Shown in pieces: positions 18,494 through 28,306 of a DNA stretch of 45,690 nt; the stretch's first letter is position 1; each line of letters begins with the position of its first letter. Made by a program: the position numbers and the translations under genes. The notes under the pieces were generated by a model that worked only from the letters and a program-made list of their open reading frames with translations, did no database searches and was not told where the DNA came from. Origin of the DNA: Marinoscillum sp. (GTDB lineage Bacteria; Bacteroidota; Bacteroidia; Cytophagales; Cyclobacteriaceae); assembly GCA_047633875.1 (NCBI GenBank), contig JBLIFO010000001.1, positions 1 to 45,690 on the forward strand. Reading direction: 5' to 3'.

Positions 18494-21400
18494 GTGGAAG
18501 AGCTACAGCACGTGCCTTGGACTTTTATAATGATTGCTTCGTTGATCTTGTGCACGGGTCTTTTAGGATTGGTGCTGTTGATCATGAAGTTCCCTGCTGC
18601 TCGGCTGCTCGGCAAGTTGCTCTTTACAAATATCGCCTTATTGGTCATCGTTCTAGTACCTGATTTGGAGGTGTTTCAGATTTGTGTGCTAGTAGCTATT
18701 GCCATCCAGCTTCGTCTTTATATCGATTCTTTTTTCATTCAAAAAACGAGGGTCAGTTATTGGAATTGGTTGCCTATGCTCACCATAGTTGCCCTGTATT
18801 GGACAAGTGAATCCATCTATACCATTGGAGGGTTGGTTGTTATTGCGATTTACCTTGTGTTGTCGTTTAGGTTATTAAGCAGGGAATCAGAGAAGCGAGG
18901 CATAAGTTGGTTTACCAACCCAGGGGATCGGCTTGGGTGGTTTCGCGATTTCATCTGCTTAAATCTGGTAGTGCTCATATCAGCCTACTGGGCGCCTGCA
19001 TGGTTGCTCTGTATTTTGGTATTGCTCGTTGTGTCCATGGTGCTTTATCAGATAGTTAAAGAATCCAACTTCATCACGCCAATTCCGCTAGGCAATAAGT
19101 ATCAGAAATCCACTTTGACACCTCATATCAAAGTTGCTATCCTCAGCAAGATCGAAGATGTGATGGACAAGGGGGAGTTCTATCTGCGCGATGATGCTTC
19201 CCTCTCTAATTTGGCAACACAATTGGGAGCCACTACCCATCACCTCTCACAAGTGCTGAATGAATCCATGAAGATCAGTTTTCAGGATTTGATGGCGCGC
19301 TATCGTATCAGGCATGCCTGCCGGATGCTACGCGATCCAGCCAACGATCAGATGAAGATTGAGAATATCGCTTCGGTGGTGGGTTACAATTCTAAGTCAG
19401 CATTCAATACTGCTTTTAAGAAGCGAACGGGCCTTACACCATCTGAGTATAAGGAGTCCAAGGACGTGCGATCTTATGGGGAAGAACGTCTATCCGATCG
19501 GAAAATACCATCAGGCACGCGTGGTGCTTTTAGTTTGAGTCATGTTTTCAACTTCAAAATGAACAGCGACATGATTCAGCATTTTTTTAAAATCTTTGGT
19601 AGGAATGTAAAGCGTAATGGGCTCTTTTCGTTTCTCAATATTCTTGGTCTCTCTGTCGGATTTACCTGCAGTATTCTCATTTATCTCTTCATATCCGATG
19701 AGCTTTCTTACGACAAAGACATAGCTGATTATGAGCAAATCCATCGTATCGCTTGGCTAAATGAAAACCCACAGACCCGTACTCCGCACCCTATGGCACA
19801 AGCCATGGTCAATGACTTTCCAGAAGTAGATGCGGCAGTGAGTCTCTCGCCATGGTATGGCAATGGACTTAGTAAGTCAATGGTAAGAGTGAAAAATGTA
19901 GAGAAGAATATCGTCTTTGAGGAGCCAGATTTCTACTTCGCGGACTCCACTTTTCTGGATGTATTTCAGCTAGAGGTGCTGGAAGGTGATAAAGATGCCC
20001 TGAAGCAACCTTTCGCATTGGTTATCACAAAACCACTTGCTGAGCGCTATTTTGGTGAGGAGAGTGCCATTGGTCAGGAGTTGCAGCTCAATGACATGCC
20101 TATAGCAGTGACTGCCGTGGTAGGGCCTATGCCAGAGCATTCTCATTTCCATTTTCAAGCAATCATCCCTTATGTAACGCTTAAGCAGATCAATCCTAAT
20201 GATTCGTGGATGAAGTGGGAAGATTTTGGACATTTCAATTATATCAAGCTCAAAGAGGGGGCAGATGCTGCCGTGGTAGAAAGTAAAATCTCAGAATGGG
20301 TGGTGGGTTATTTGGATTGGGGTCAGACTGATCTGGAAATATTGAAATCAGGCGAGGCAAGATTCGATTTGCAGCCAATCGCTGATATTCACTTGTCATC
20401 CCACTTGCGTTGGGAGTTGGAAAATAATGGTAACATCCTATATGTCTATATACTCCTTGTTACGCTAGTCTTTTTGATCTTAATCGCATGTATCAATTAT
20501 GTAAACTTGACCACTGCCAAATCGATGGAGCGTGCCAAGGAAATAGGGGTGAGGAAGACACTCGGTGCGGTCTCTATCAATCTTTCCATTCAGTTCTATT
20601 TTGAAGCCATTCTTTTCAGCGTGCTTGCAATGGCGCTCTCTTTGGGATTGGCTTTGCTCTTCTTAGATAGTTTCAATTTTCTTGCGGCAAGTGCTTTTGA
20701 TTTGCAAATGATTCTTAATGCACCTTTTATTCTTAAAGCATTTAGCTTAAGCATTGTTATAGGGTTGTTGGCTGGGTTTTATCCGGCAATAGCCCTGGCA
20801 GATTTCAAACCTTCAGAAGTATTGAAAGGCAAATTAACCACTCAGTCAAAAGGGGTGAGAATGCGTAGCGCCTTGGTGGTGGTGCAGTTTGCTGTATCCG
20901 CAATATTGATCACGGGCAGTCTGATGATCTTCCGCCAGATCCAATACATGAAAGACAAAGAGTTGGGCTTTGATAAGGAAGCGATTGTTTCCATAGACAT
21001 ACCAATTAGCGTAGAGCATGGTGGGCTGAATCTGCCTTTGGTCTATACCGTACAGCAGCAGATCGAAGCTATCGCTGGTGTAAGAGGTACTTCCATGATG
21101 TCCAACATTCCAGGAGGGCAGTTCAACCAGCATCCGTATTATCCAGTTGAAAATCCTGAGAATAGAGTAGATATTAACAATGTCATGGTGGGGTTTGGTA
21201 TCGAAAAAGTACTTGGATTAGAGATTACTCAGGGGAGGGCATTTGATCGCTCTTTTCCTTCTGATTCTATGACCAACTGCATCATCAACGAAGTTGCTTT
21301 GAAACAACTGGATATAGAAAACCCAATCGGAAAATCTATCATGTATGCTGGTGCAGGAAGAAATCACGAATCTAAAATTATAGGTGTGATGCGCGATTTT

Positions 21401-21997
21401 CATTATCGGTCTTTGCATCAGCCGATAGAGCCCATGATCTTTCATGTGCAGCCTTTGGGAGTGAGTAGCATGTTGGTAAAGTTTGACGGCAGTCAATTTG
21501 GCTCGGTGATTGAAAAAGTGGAGGCTGCATATGCTGAATTGAATAAGGACCTTCCTTTTGAATACCGATTTCTGGACGACCAGATGTCTGAACTTTATGA
21601 TCAGGAGATTCATACGCTAAATATCTTCTCGGTCTTTTCATTGATTGCTTTGCTCTTGGCATGTCTGGGACTGCTGGGCATGGCCATTGCTATTTTGAAT
21701 CAGCGAACAAAAGAGGTAGGCATGCGCAAAATACTTGGCGCCAGCGCCTCTCAGATCATGGCAATGTTTGTAGGTCAATTCCTTCGCTTGGTGGTGATTG
21801 CATTGGTGATCGGGCTGCCTATAGCGTACTTCCTCATGCAGCAATGGATCGCGGAGTTTTCCTACCAGGCGCCATTTGGCATCATGCCTTTTGCATGGTC
21901 TGTGGTCATCTTAATTTCGGTTTGCGTGCTCAGTGTGGTTTCAGCTATTGCTAAAATCATCTATGCCAATCCGGTGAATGCCTTGCGGTACGAGTAG
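18494..21997 (+). CDS. Fusion of a membrane-anchored AraC-family regulator and a MacB/FtsX-type ABC permease
   Basis: N-terminal TM helices; AraC HTH (HHLSQVLN...VGYNSKSAFNTAFKKRTGLTPSEY); from about 19571 a permease (FSFLNILGLSVG, RAKEIGVRKTLGA, RTKEVGMRKILGAS, ANPVNALRYE). Confidence 0.85.
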   Translation: MEELQHVPWTFIMIASLILCTGLLGLVLLIMKFPAARLLGKLLFTNIALLVIVLVPDLEVFQICVLVAIAIQLRLYIDSFFIQKTRVSYWNWLPMLTIVALYWTSESIYTIGGLVVIAIYLVLSFRLLSRESEKRGISWFTNPGDRLGWFRDFICLNLVVLISAYWAPAWLLCILVLLVVSMVLYQIVKESNFITPIPLGNKYQKSTLTPHIKVAILSKIEDVMDKGEFYLRDDASLSNLATQLGATTHHLSQVLNESMKISFQDLMARYRIRHACRMLRDPANDQMKIENIASVVGYNSKSAFNTAFKKRTGLTPSEYKESKDVRSYGEERLSDRKIPSGTRGAFSLSHVFNFKMNSDMIQHFFKIFGRNVKRNGLFSFLNILGLSVGFTCSILIYLFISDELSYDKDIADYEQIHRIAWLNENPQTRTPHPMAQAMVNDFPEVDAAVSLSPWYGNGLSKSMVRVKNVEKNIVFEEPDFYFADSTFLDVFQLEVLEGDKDALKQPFALVITKPLAERYFGEESAIGQELQLNDMPIAVTAVVGPMPEHSHFHFQAIIPYVTLKQINPNDSWMKWEDFGHFNYIKLKEGADAAVVESKISEWVVGYLDWGQTDLEILKSGEARFDLQPIADIHLSSHLRWELENNGNILYVYILLVTLVFLILIACINYVNLTTAKSMERAKEIGVRKTLGAVSINLSIQFYFEAILFSVLAMALSLGLALLFLDSFNFLAASAFDLQMILNAPFILKAFSLSIVIGLLAGFYPAIALADFKPSEVLKGKLTTQSKGVRMRSALVVVQFAVSAILITGSLMIFRQIQYMKDKELGFDKEAIVSIDIPISVEHGGLNLPLVYTVQQQIEAIAGVRGTSMMSNIPGGQFNQHPYYPVENPENRVDINNVMVGFGIEKVLGLEITQGRAFDRSFPSDSMTNCIINEVALKQLDIENPIGKSIMYAGAGRNHESKIIGVMRDFHYRSLHQPIEPMIFHVQPLGVSSMLVKFDGSQFGSVIEKVEAAYAELNKDLPFEYRFLDDQMSELYDQEIHTLNIFSVFSLIALLLACLGLLGMAIAILNQRTKEVGMRKILGASASQIMAMFVGQFLRLVVIALVIGLPIAYFLMQQWIAEFSYQAPFGIMPFAWSVVILISVCVLSVVSAIAKIIYANPVNALRYE

Positions 21998-22038
21998 TGA
22001 TTATTTTTTGATAGCATATCATGAGTGATGATTGATTT

Positions 22039-22103
22039 TAGCCAAGGTTCATATCCTCACAGACCTTCAACTTAGTGTCTCGTGAAGACACGATCCATGG
22101 CTA
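22039..22103. repeat. REP-like inverted repeat pair (family with GAGGACACGAACC-like core)
   Basis: TAGCCAAGGTTCATATCCTCAC vs GTGAAGACACGATCCATGGCTA; relatives at 35116-35175 and 38387-38412. Confidence 0.65.
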
Positions 22104-22127
22104 TGAGAATTAGTTTCTTTGCTTATT

Positions 22128-23408
22128 TCATAGATTAGGTGATTTTTTTCTTCTGAGAAAGCCAATGAGAATTGCACTCACGAAAATTACAAGCCAGCCA
22201 ATAAGTATCGTGGAAACCATCTGATCTTTCATCAATGTAAATAGTGTTAGGTCTACTTTACCCTCCTTCCAAAATACCCATTCGCTCGCCAATTTAGTTG
22301 CCAAAATGGGGTGACCCGTTTCGAGAACAATGATTCCATTTCCTGTTTCAGGATTTAGTCTTATGGCAGTGTTTATTGAGGGAGTACTTTTGCCATCGTG
22401 CCCAAAGATATAGTCGCCATTGTCTGTAGTGGTATAGAGAATTGTCCCTAGCCCCCAGATGTCCATCCCCATGGTGCTGGCGTGAGGGGAGCGCATGGCT
22501 TTGAGCGTTTCGGGGTTCAACACTCCTCTTCCGATCGGCTCATTATTTGCCCCCTTTAGAAAGACATTAAATAGAGATTCCAAATCGGCAAGTGAGGTAT
22601 AAAGTGACGTTGCAGCTAGAGCGGTATATCGATAATGAACAGCTTCCGCTCCATCAGCGTGATAAAATTCAGCTAAGTCCAATTTTGAAGAGTCGTCCCA
22701 TACATAAGACGAAGCAGTCATGCCTAAAGGATTTAGAACCTCTTCTTTCATGTAAGTGGCAAATGATTGGTTCGTAACTTCTTCTATGATTAGCTGAAGT
22801 AATGTGTAACCTCCACCTGAGTATTTAAATTCACTTCCTGGTTCAATACCCACCATGACAGCTCCCTTTATGCCTTCATCAGCATCAGCAGCCTTTGTTA
22901 AGGATTCTTCTAAATTTTGTATTGGGGTACCAGGGGCAAACCCTGAGTATCCGAGTCTATCTGTGAGCCCCGCTGTGTGACTTAATAATCTTCTCACAGT
23001 GACACTATCATTGTTGAATTCACTTTCGGGTAATGCCCATCTGGTGAGATATTGACTGACAGGCGTATCCAAATCAATGTTTCCTCTTTCCACAAGTTTC
23101 ATGATACCAATTGCAGACACCCATTTACTCAAAGATGCTACCTGAAATACCGTATTTCTAGAAACAGGTTTGCCTGCGGTATGAAAAGTTTCACTGATTA
23201 CCTCGCCATCTTCAATTATCGCCAAAGCGAAATTCCCTACAAATTCCTTTTCTAATTCATTCGATACAGCTTTTGTAAATGCTTCCGTAGTTCGCTCACT
23301 GGAGATTGGGGTATGCATGCACCCAAGCTTTGTACCGAAAAAGGCAATGACTGTCCAGCAGGCGATTGCGAACAGTGTGGCAATGAAATATTTTAAAAAT
23401 CTTTTCAT
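22128..23408 (-). CDS. Serine hydrolase (class C beta-lactamase/PBP-like) with C-terminal TM helix
   Basis: FQVASLSK (SxxK), LLSHTAGL, FKYSGGGY, GHDG. Confidence 0.9.
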   Translation of the reverse strand: MKRFLKYFIATLFAIACWTVIAFFGTKLGCMHTPISSERTTEAFTKAVSNELEKEFVGNFALAIIEDGEVISETFHTAGKPVSRNTVFQVASLSKWVSAIGIMKLVERGNIDLDTPVSQYLTRWALPESEFNNDSVTVRRLLSHTAGLTDRLGYSGFAPGTPIQNLEESLTKAADADEGIKGAVMVGIEPGSEFKYSGGGYTLLQLIIEEVTNQSFATYMKEEVLNPLGMTASSYVWDDSSKLDLAEFYHADGAEAVHYRYTALAATSLYTSLADLESLFNVFLKGANNEPIGRGVLNPETLKAMRSPHASTMGMDIWGLGTILYTTTDNGDYIFGHDGKSTPSINTAIRLNPETGNGIIVLETGHPILATKLASEWVFWKEGKVDLTLFTLMKDQMVSTILIGWLVIFVSAILIGFLRRKKSPNL

Positions 23409-23436
23409 TGGTTTTTTAGAGTTATTTAAGTAAAAG

Positions 23437-23452
23437 AACAGACAAGTCTGTT
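23437..23452. promoter_or_regulatory. Candidate TetR operator upstream of the hydrolase
   Basis: Palindrome AACAGAC-AA-GTCTGTT; second copy at 24055. Confidence 0.7.
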
Positions 23453-23473
23453 TATAGTTGATAAATGGAAAGG

Positions 23474-24034
23474 CTATTCAAGTAGTAGTTCACAAACGCT
23501 TTTCGCTGATGTAATTGGCCATACATCATTCTGAATTTGTGCAGATATAACTGCCCCGTCAATTAAAACGAAAATTTGTCGTGCCAGCGGCGGAATATTA
23601 TCTGTTGCGTATTTTGAGTCTTCCTCAAGCACATTTTGAATCCAGCGGATGAGTTCATTTTTATGGAAGAGCACTTCTTGTTTTATTTTAGAGTGCTCTC
23701 GAGGTAAGTCAGCTATAATATTTTGAAAACCACACCCTCTAAAAGCGGCGTTTTCGAGCCAGTGTGAGAGGAAATCAAAAGAGCCAAGAATTTTTCGGTT
23801 CGCATTGGGTTCCTTAGCAACAAAGTTGGTGAGTTGATCCATCCACCAGTAGTGTCTATGGTTAAGATAAGCGACCGCTATATCCTGTTTTGATCGAAAA
23901 TGCTGGTAGAGACTTGCCTTAGCTACCTGCGATTCTTCTATTATTTGATTGATCCCAGTTTGGTTATAGCCATTCTCGTAAAACAGCCTTGAGGCTGTTT
24001 GAATTACTCTTTCTTTTACATTGGGACGGTTCAT
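23474..24034 (-). CDS. TetR/AcrR family transcriptional regulator
   Basis: LFYENGYNQTGINQIIEESQVAKASLYQHFRSK HTH, FRGCGF. Confidence 0.93.
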   Translation of the reverse strand: MNRPNVKERVIQTASRLFYENGYNQTGINQIIEESQVAKASLYQHFRSKQDIAVAYLNHRHYWWMDQLTNFVAKEPNANRKILGSFDFLSHWLENAAFRGCGFQNIIADLPREHSKIKQEVLFHKNELIRWIQNVLEEDSKYATDNIPPLARQIFVLIDGAVISAQIQNDVWPITSAKSVCELLLE

Positions 24035-24054
24035 GTCGGCAATATATCTAAAAA

Positions 24055-24068
24055 ACAGACAGGTCTGT
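24055..24068. promoter_or_regulatory. Candidate TetR autoregulatory operator
   Basis: ACAGAC-AG-GTCTGT, 20 nt upstream of the tetR start. Confidence 0.7.
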
Positions 24069-24157
24069 ATGTTTTGTATGTTAACTTTTAGAATTGACCT
24101 GATTTGATTTCTTGGAGGAAGTTACTTACTTATAATAATGGGCGGAAGTGATTGTAT

Positions 24158-24217
24158 TTTTCCTGTCAAGCGCCATTTGGCATCATACCTTTTGCATGGT
24201 CTGTGGTGATCTTAATT
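24158..24217 (+). repeat. 60-bp direct copy of the permease 3' region 21857-21916
   Basis: 55/60 identical by manual alignment. Confidence 0.85.
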
Positions 24218-24502
24218 CTTTCTTCATTAGTCGTACGTTTAGATTTCTTTTATTTTAATAAAAGTATCCGATCTGATTTGGCTTAGCAAAAAGCTCTTTT
24301 GGATTATTTAAATCACCACTCTTAGTGGAAAGTAAAAGGGTCATTCAGAATATCTCATCGATATGGCTCGTCGTAATACTCAAGATGGATATTTGAGGTT
24401 ATCTATTTTCTTTTCAAATGCAAGAAATGGATAGACAGAAATTTAGTGACCTAAATAGAGGGAGTTCAAATACTCAAAAGTAATTTTCAAAAGTTCCGAT
24501 TT

Positions 24503-27166
24503 TTATCCGCATTTCGAATAGCCGCAACTGCGGCAGTTTAGACAACCTTCTTCATATACAAGCGCTTCATCCCCACATTCTTTACAGACATTCTCGAGTG
24601 GTTGTGTTCCATCCGCAATGAACTTACTCAGTGCGCGTATCACTCCGTTTTTCCAGGTATTGAGCGAGTCATCACTTAGATGCAAATGCTCTATCAGATT
24701 GATGATATAGACCAGTGGCATACCATGCCGGATGATGCCTGAAATTAGTTTCGCATAATTCCAATATTCGGGATTAAAGGATCGGCTGAGGCCCTCTATA
24801 GTGACCTTGAATCCGTCCTTATCTTCATATTGAAAATCGTAGCGACTTTTTTGGTCGTCTTTTTTATTTTTGATCACCCATCCTTTTTTCACGTGGTTTG
24901 GCAGCAAGAAAGAATCTTCAGCTTTTCCTGTGAAGATTTCATATGGGCGGTCATTGAGCAACCCTATCACGCCGATCCACTTTTCGTCATTGTTATTGAA
25001 CCGAACAACTTCAGCCTCCATTTTTTGAGGTCGTTTGGGTGCTTTGGACTCAGAGAATTCCTTTTGTTGGGACTCAGGATTGTTGGAGATCAAAACCCCA
25101 TCTCTCGAACCTTCTCGATAGATAGTCATCCCTTTACATCCATGTTTCCACGCTGCGAGGTAGATGTCTTCTACCACTTGCTCAGGAGTTTCTTTTGGGA
25201 TATTCACAGTAACACTGATACTGTGGTCCACCCATTTTTGAACCATACCTTGCATCTCCACTTTCTTGAGCCAGTCTATATCCGCTGCTGAGGAGCCATG
25301 GTAAGGAGACTTTTCAATGATGACTTGTAAGTCGGCATCATCCAATTTGGAAACTTGCTTGGGATTATATCCATTCTGGGTGAGCCACATTTCAAATTTG
25401 TGGTGAAGAACGTGAAATTCTTCCCAGGAATCACCAGATTTATCTATGAAGTCAACTTTTGCATTTTGGTCGTTAGGATTGACTTTTTTGCGCCTTTTGT
25501 ATGAGACCATGAATACAGGCTCTAAGCCAGAGGTAGTCTGGGTCATAATGCTTGTAGACCCAGTAGGTGCTATAGTAAGGCACGCTATGTTTCTACGACC
25601 GTATTTCTTCATCTCACTTTGTAAGTCTTGATCTTCCAGAAAAAGCCTCTTAATGAAAGGATTATTCTCTTCTCGGGCAGGATCGTAAAAAGTGAATCCT
25701 CCACGATCTTTTGCCATTTCCACAGAGGAGCGATAGGCAGACAGAGCTAGTTCTTTTTGAACGCTTTCAGCGAATACATTCGCTTCGTCTGTGCCGTAGG
25801 TCATGCTAAGAGCCGCCATCATGTCCCCTTCAGCTGTGATGCCTAGTCCTGTTCGTCTTCCTTCACTGCACTTTTCTCTAATTTTTTCCCAAAGCTGACG
25901 TTCAGTCATTTTGATATGATCCGACTCAGGGTCAGAACCAATTTTTGAAAGTATACTGTCTATTTTTTCTATCTCAAGGTCTACAATGTCATCCATAATT
26001 CGCTGGGCTTTTCTAACATGCTCCCTGAATTTCTGAAAATTAAAACTGGCTTTTTCTGTGAAAGGACTGTCCACATAACTGAATAGATTAATTGCAACCA
26101 AACGACAAGAATCATAAGGACAGAGCGGAATTTCACCGCACGGGTTAGTTGATACCGTTTCATAGCCAAGATCAGCATAGCAATCTGCAACGGACTCCTT
26201 TTTGATGGTATCCCAGAAAAGGACTCCCGGTTCAGCAGAAGCCCAAGCATTATGAATGATGTTCTTCCATAATTTACGAGCATTGATTCTTCTCGTACTG
26301 ACGGGATTTTTATGGTTAATAGGAAAGCTCTGAATGTATTCCCTATCTTCCTCTACAGCTTGCATAAAGTCGTCGTGCAGTTTGATACTGATGTTTGCGC
26401 CGGTGATTTTGGTGGTATCTATTTTAGCATCTATGAAATCTTCGGCATCAGGATGTTGTATTGAAAGTGATAGCATTAATGCACCCCTTCTGCCATCTTG
26501 AGCGACTTCCCGGGTGGTGTTTGAGAAACGTTCCATGATGGGAACCACACCAGTGGAAGTCAGGGCACTGTTCTTCACTGGGCTTCCTTTCGGACGGATG
26601 TGAGACAGGTCATGTCCCACGCCTCCTCGTCTTTTCATGAGTTGAACCTGCTCCTCATCGAGTTTCAATATGCCTCCATAAGAGTCAGATTCACCTCCAA
26701 CTCCGATTACGAAGCAGTTTGAAAGCGAGGAAATTTGAAAATTATTCCCAATTCCTGCCATAGGCCCACCTTGCGGGACCACATATTTGAAGTCCTTCAG
26801 CAAGTCATATATCTCCTGCTTGGAAAGCGGGTTAGGGTATTTCTCTTCTATTCGGACCAATTCACTAGTCAATCTTTGATGCATGTCTTCAGGAGATCGC
26901 TCATAAATGCGCCCTTGCGAATCCTTCATTGCATACTTATTGATCCAGACATTGGTTGCTAGTTCGTCTCCTTTAAAATATGCTTTAGTAGCTTCGAATA
27001 TTTCTTCCCGGTCTAAGGCTTTTAATGGTTTTTTTCGGATTTCTTTTGGTTGGTTTTTTTCGTTTTCACTAGTCAAATATTCTTCCCTGTGAATGGGTCT
27101 GTTGAAATCGAATTCTAACGTTAAGCTATTTAGGGCAGTTTTATTTTTAGCAGGAGCTTGTATCAT
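24503..27166 (-). CDS. nrdJ: Adenosylcobalamin-dependent (class II) ribonucleoside-diphosphate reductase
   Basis: SLSNCFV, GRRGALM, TNPCGEIPL, TIAPTG, KGMTIYREGSR, C-terminal CxxC...CxxC; no beta subunit nearby. Confidence 0.93.
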   Translation of the reverse strand: MIQAPAKNKTALNSLTLEFDFNRPIHREEYLTSENEKNQPKEIRKKPLKALDREEIFEATKAYFKGDELATNVWINKYAMKDSQGRIYERSPEDMHQRLTSELVRIEEKYPNPLSKQEIYDLLKDFKYVVPQGGPMAGIGNNFQISSLSNCFVIGVGGESDSYGGILKLDEEQVQLMKRRGGVGHDLSHIRPKGSPVKNSALTSTGVVPIMERFSNTTREVAQDGRRGALMLSLSIQHPDAEDFIDAKIDTTKITGANISIKLHDDFMQAVEEDREYIQSFPINHKNPVSTRRINARKLWKNIIHNAWASAEPGVLFWDTIKKESVADCYADLGYETVSTNPCGEIPLCPYDSCRLVAINLFSYVDSPFTEKASFNFQKFREHVRKAQRIMDDIVDLEIEKIDSILSKIGSDPESDHIKMTERQLWEKIREKCSEGRRTGLGITAEGDMMAALSMTYGTDEANVFAESVQKELALSAYRSSVEMAKDRGGFTFYDPAREENNPFIKRLFLEDQDLQSEMKKYGRRNIACLTIAPTGSTSIMTQTTSGLEPVFMVSYKRRKKVNPNDQNAKVDFIDKSGDSWEEFHVLHHKFEMWLTQNGYNPKQVSKLDDADLQVIIEKSPYHGSSAADIDWLKKVEMQGMVQKWVDHSISVTVNIPKETPEQVVEDIYLAAWKHGCKGMTIYREGSRDGVLISNNPESQQKEFSESKAPKRPQKMEAEVVRFNNNDEKWIGVIGLLNDRPYEIFTGKAEDSFLLPNHVKKGWVIKNKKDDQKSRYDFQYEDKDGFKVTIEGLSRSFNPEYWNYAKLISGIIRHGMPLVYIINLIEHLHLSDDSLNTWKNGVIRALSKFIADGTQPLENVCKECGDEALVYEEGCLNCRSCGYSKCG

Positions 27167-27538
27167 GGGGGTTGGCTTTTTAGCGTTGGCATTAAGATTA
27201 ACAGAATCACACTTAAAGATATTCCACTACCATTGCAGAAAAATTGATAAATGTAAGGTGGTCATGTGTCATTTGTTAGTTTTTGAAATTTCACAATGAT
27301 TGTGGCTTATTCTATCTCAAATTCTAATGGAAAGAGCCATTTTATCCGATTTTTCAAATGGAAACTGAATCCTAATTACGGAAATATTTAAAAGAAATAT
27401 CCACGAAGGATAATGCTGTCCTTCTCAAAATTGGACAGTTGTTTGGTATTAAATATTTCAGATTGATCCTTGACCTACACTTTATTAAATCCCCTCACAT
27501 ATTAGCAGCTTCCATCTAAGTACCCGTAATTTGCATGT

Positions 27539-28300
27539 ATGGAGGATGTAGAAAGAATCAAGGCAATCAATAAGGTGCTTACGGCTTATTTTAGAGTGAA
27601 TAAAGATCAAGATTCCGTTCCTGTCAAGGCGCTGATGCCTGATTTTATCAAAGCTGGGATATTCGTTGCTGACGAGAAGAATGGCCTTCCGATCCGAAAA
27701 ATCCTCCGTACTTTGGATAAGGAAAATGCGCTGAAGAAGATTCCTCGTGTCCATGCGGAGCGCAAAGTAAAAGATGTCTATTGGTATTTTGTGAGGAAGG
27801 ACGCACAGTTCGTACCTGATTCGGCAAATGATACTGGTATTTCCAAAAAGAAAAAGGCCAAGGTGGCTGTTGCCAATAGTGATAAAAACTACTTAACCGA
27901 CCTATGCGATGAGCTTTTCCAGCTTGAGGCTTCTAGGCAGCACCGCTTTGACTTCCTACTGGGAGACGTGCACAAAGACGGCAAGACCCAAAGTACTTTG
28001 CCCGTGGATGTTTACTATGAACAACACAATTTGGTGATTGAAATCATGGAAAGCCGGGACATTGATCCGATTATCATCCGCGAAAAACCAAGCCGTAAGA
28101 CGCTAGAGGCTGTGAAACGCTCGAAGCAAATCAAAGTCTACCAAGAGCGCAAGCGTAATGGACTTATCGCGAAGGAAATCGATCTTGTACTTGTCAAGAC
28201 TAAAGACTTTGAGTGCAATGAGGAAAAGCACTTGATCAGAGACAAGGAGAAAGACTTTGCAGTATTGAAGGAGCTTCTTGCCGAGTATTTGGCGAAGTAA
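27539..28300 (+). CDS. Hypothetical protein with Vsr/DUF559-like C-terminal region
   Basis: 253-aa ORF; RQHRFDFLLGD...LPVDVYYEQHNLVIE resembles restriction-like nuclease folds. Confidence 0.6.
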   Translation: MEDVERIKAINKVLTAYFRVNKDQDSVPVKALMPDFIKAGIFVADEKNGLPIRKILRTLDKENALKKIPRVHAERKVKDVYWYFVRKDAQFVPDSANDTGISKKKKAKVAVANSDKNYLTDLCDELFQLEASRQHRFDFLLGDVHKDGKTQSTLPVDVYYEQHNLVIEIMESRDIDPIIIREKPSRKTLEAVKRSKQIKVYQERKRNGLIAKEIDLVLVKTKDFECNEEKHLIRDKEKDFAVLKELLAEYLAK

Positions 28301-28306
28301 ATCGCT

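Noticed and set aside
27167-27538. Cobalamin riboswitch upstream of nrdJ
   Set aside because: The AT-rich spacer has no recognisable B12-box or conserved stems.
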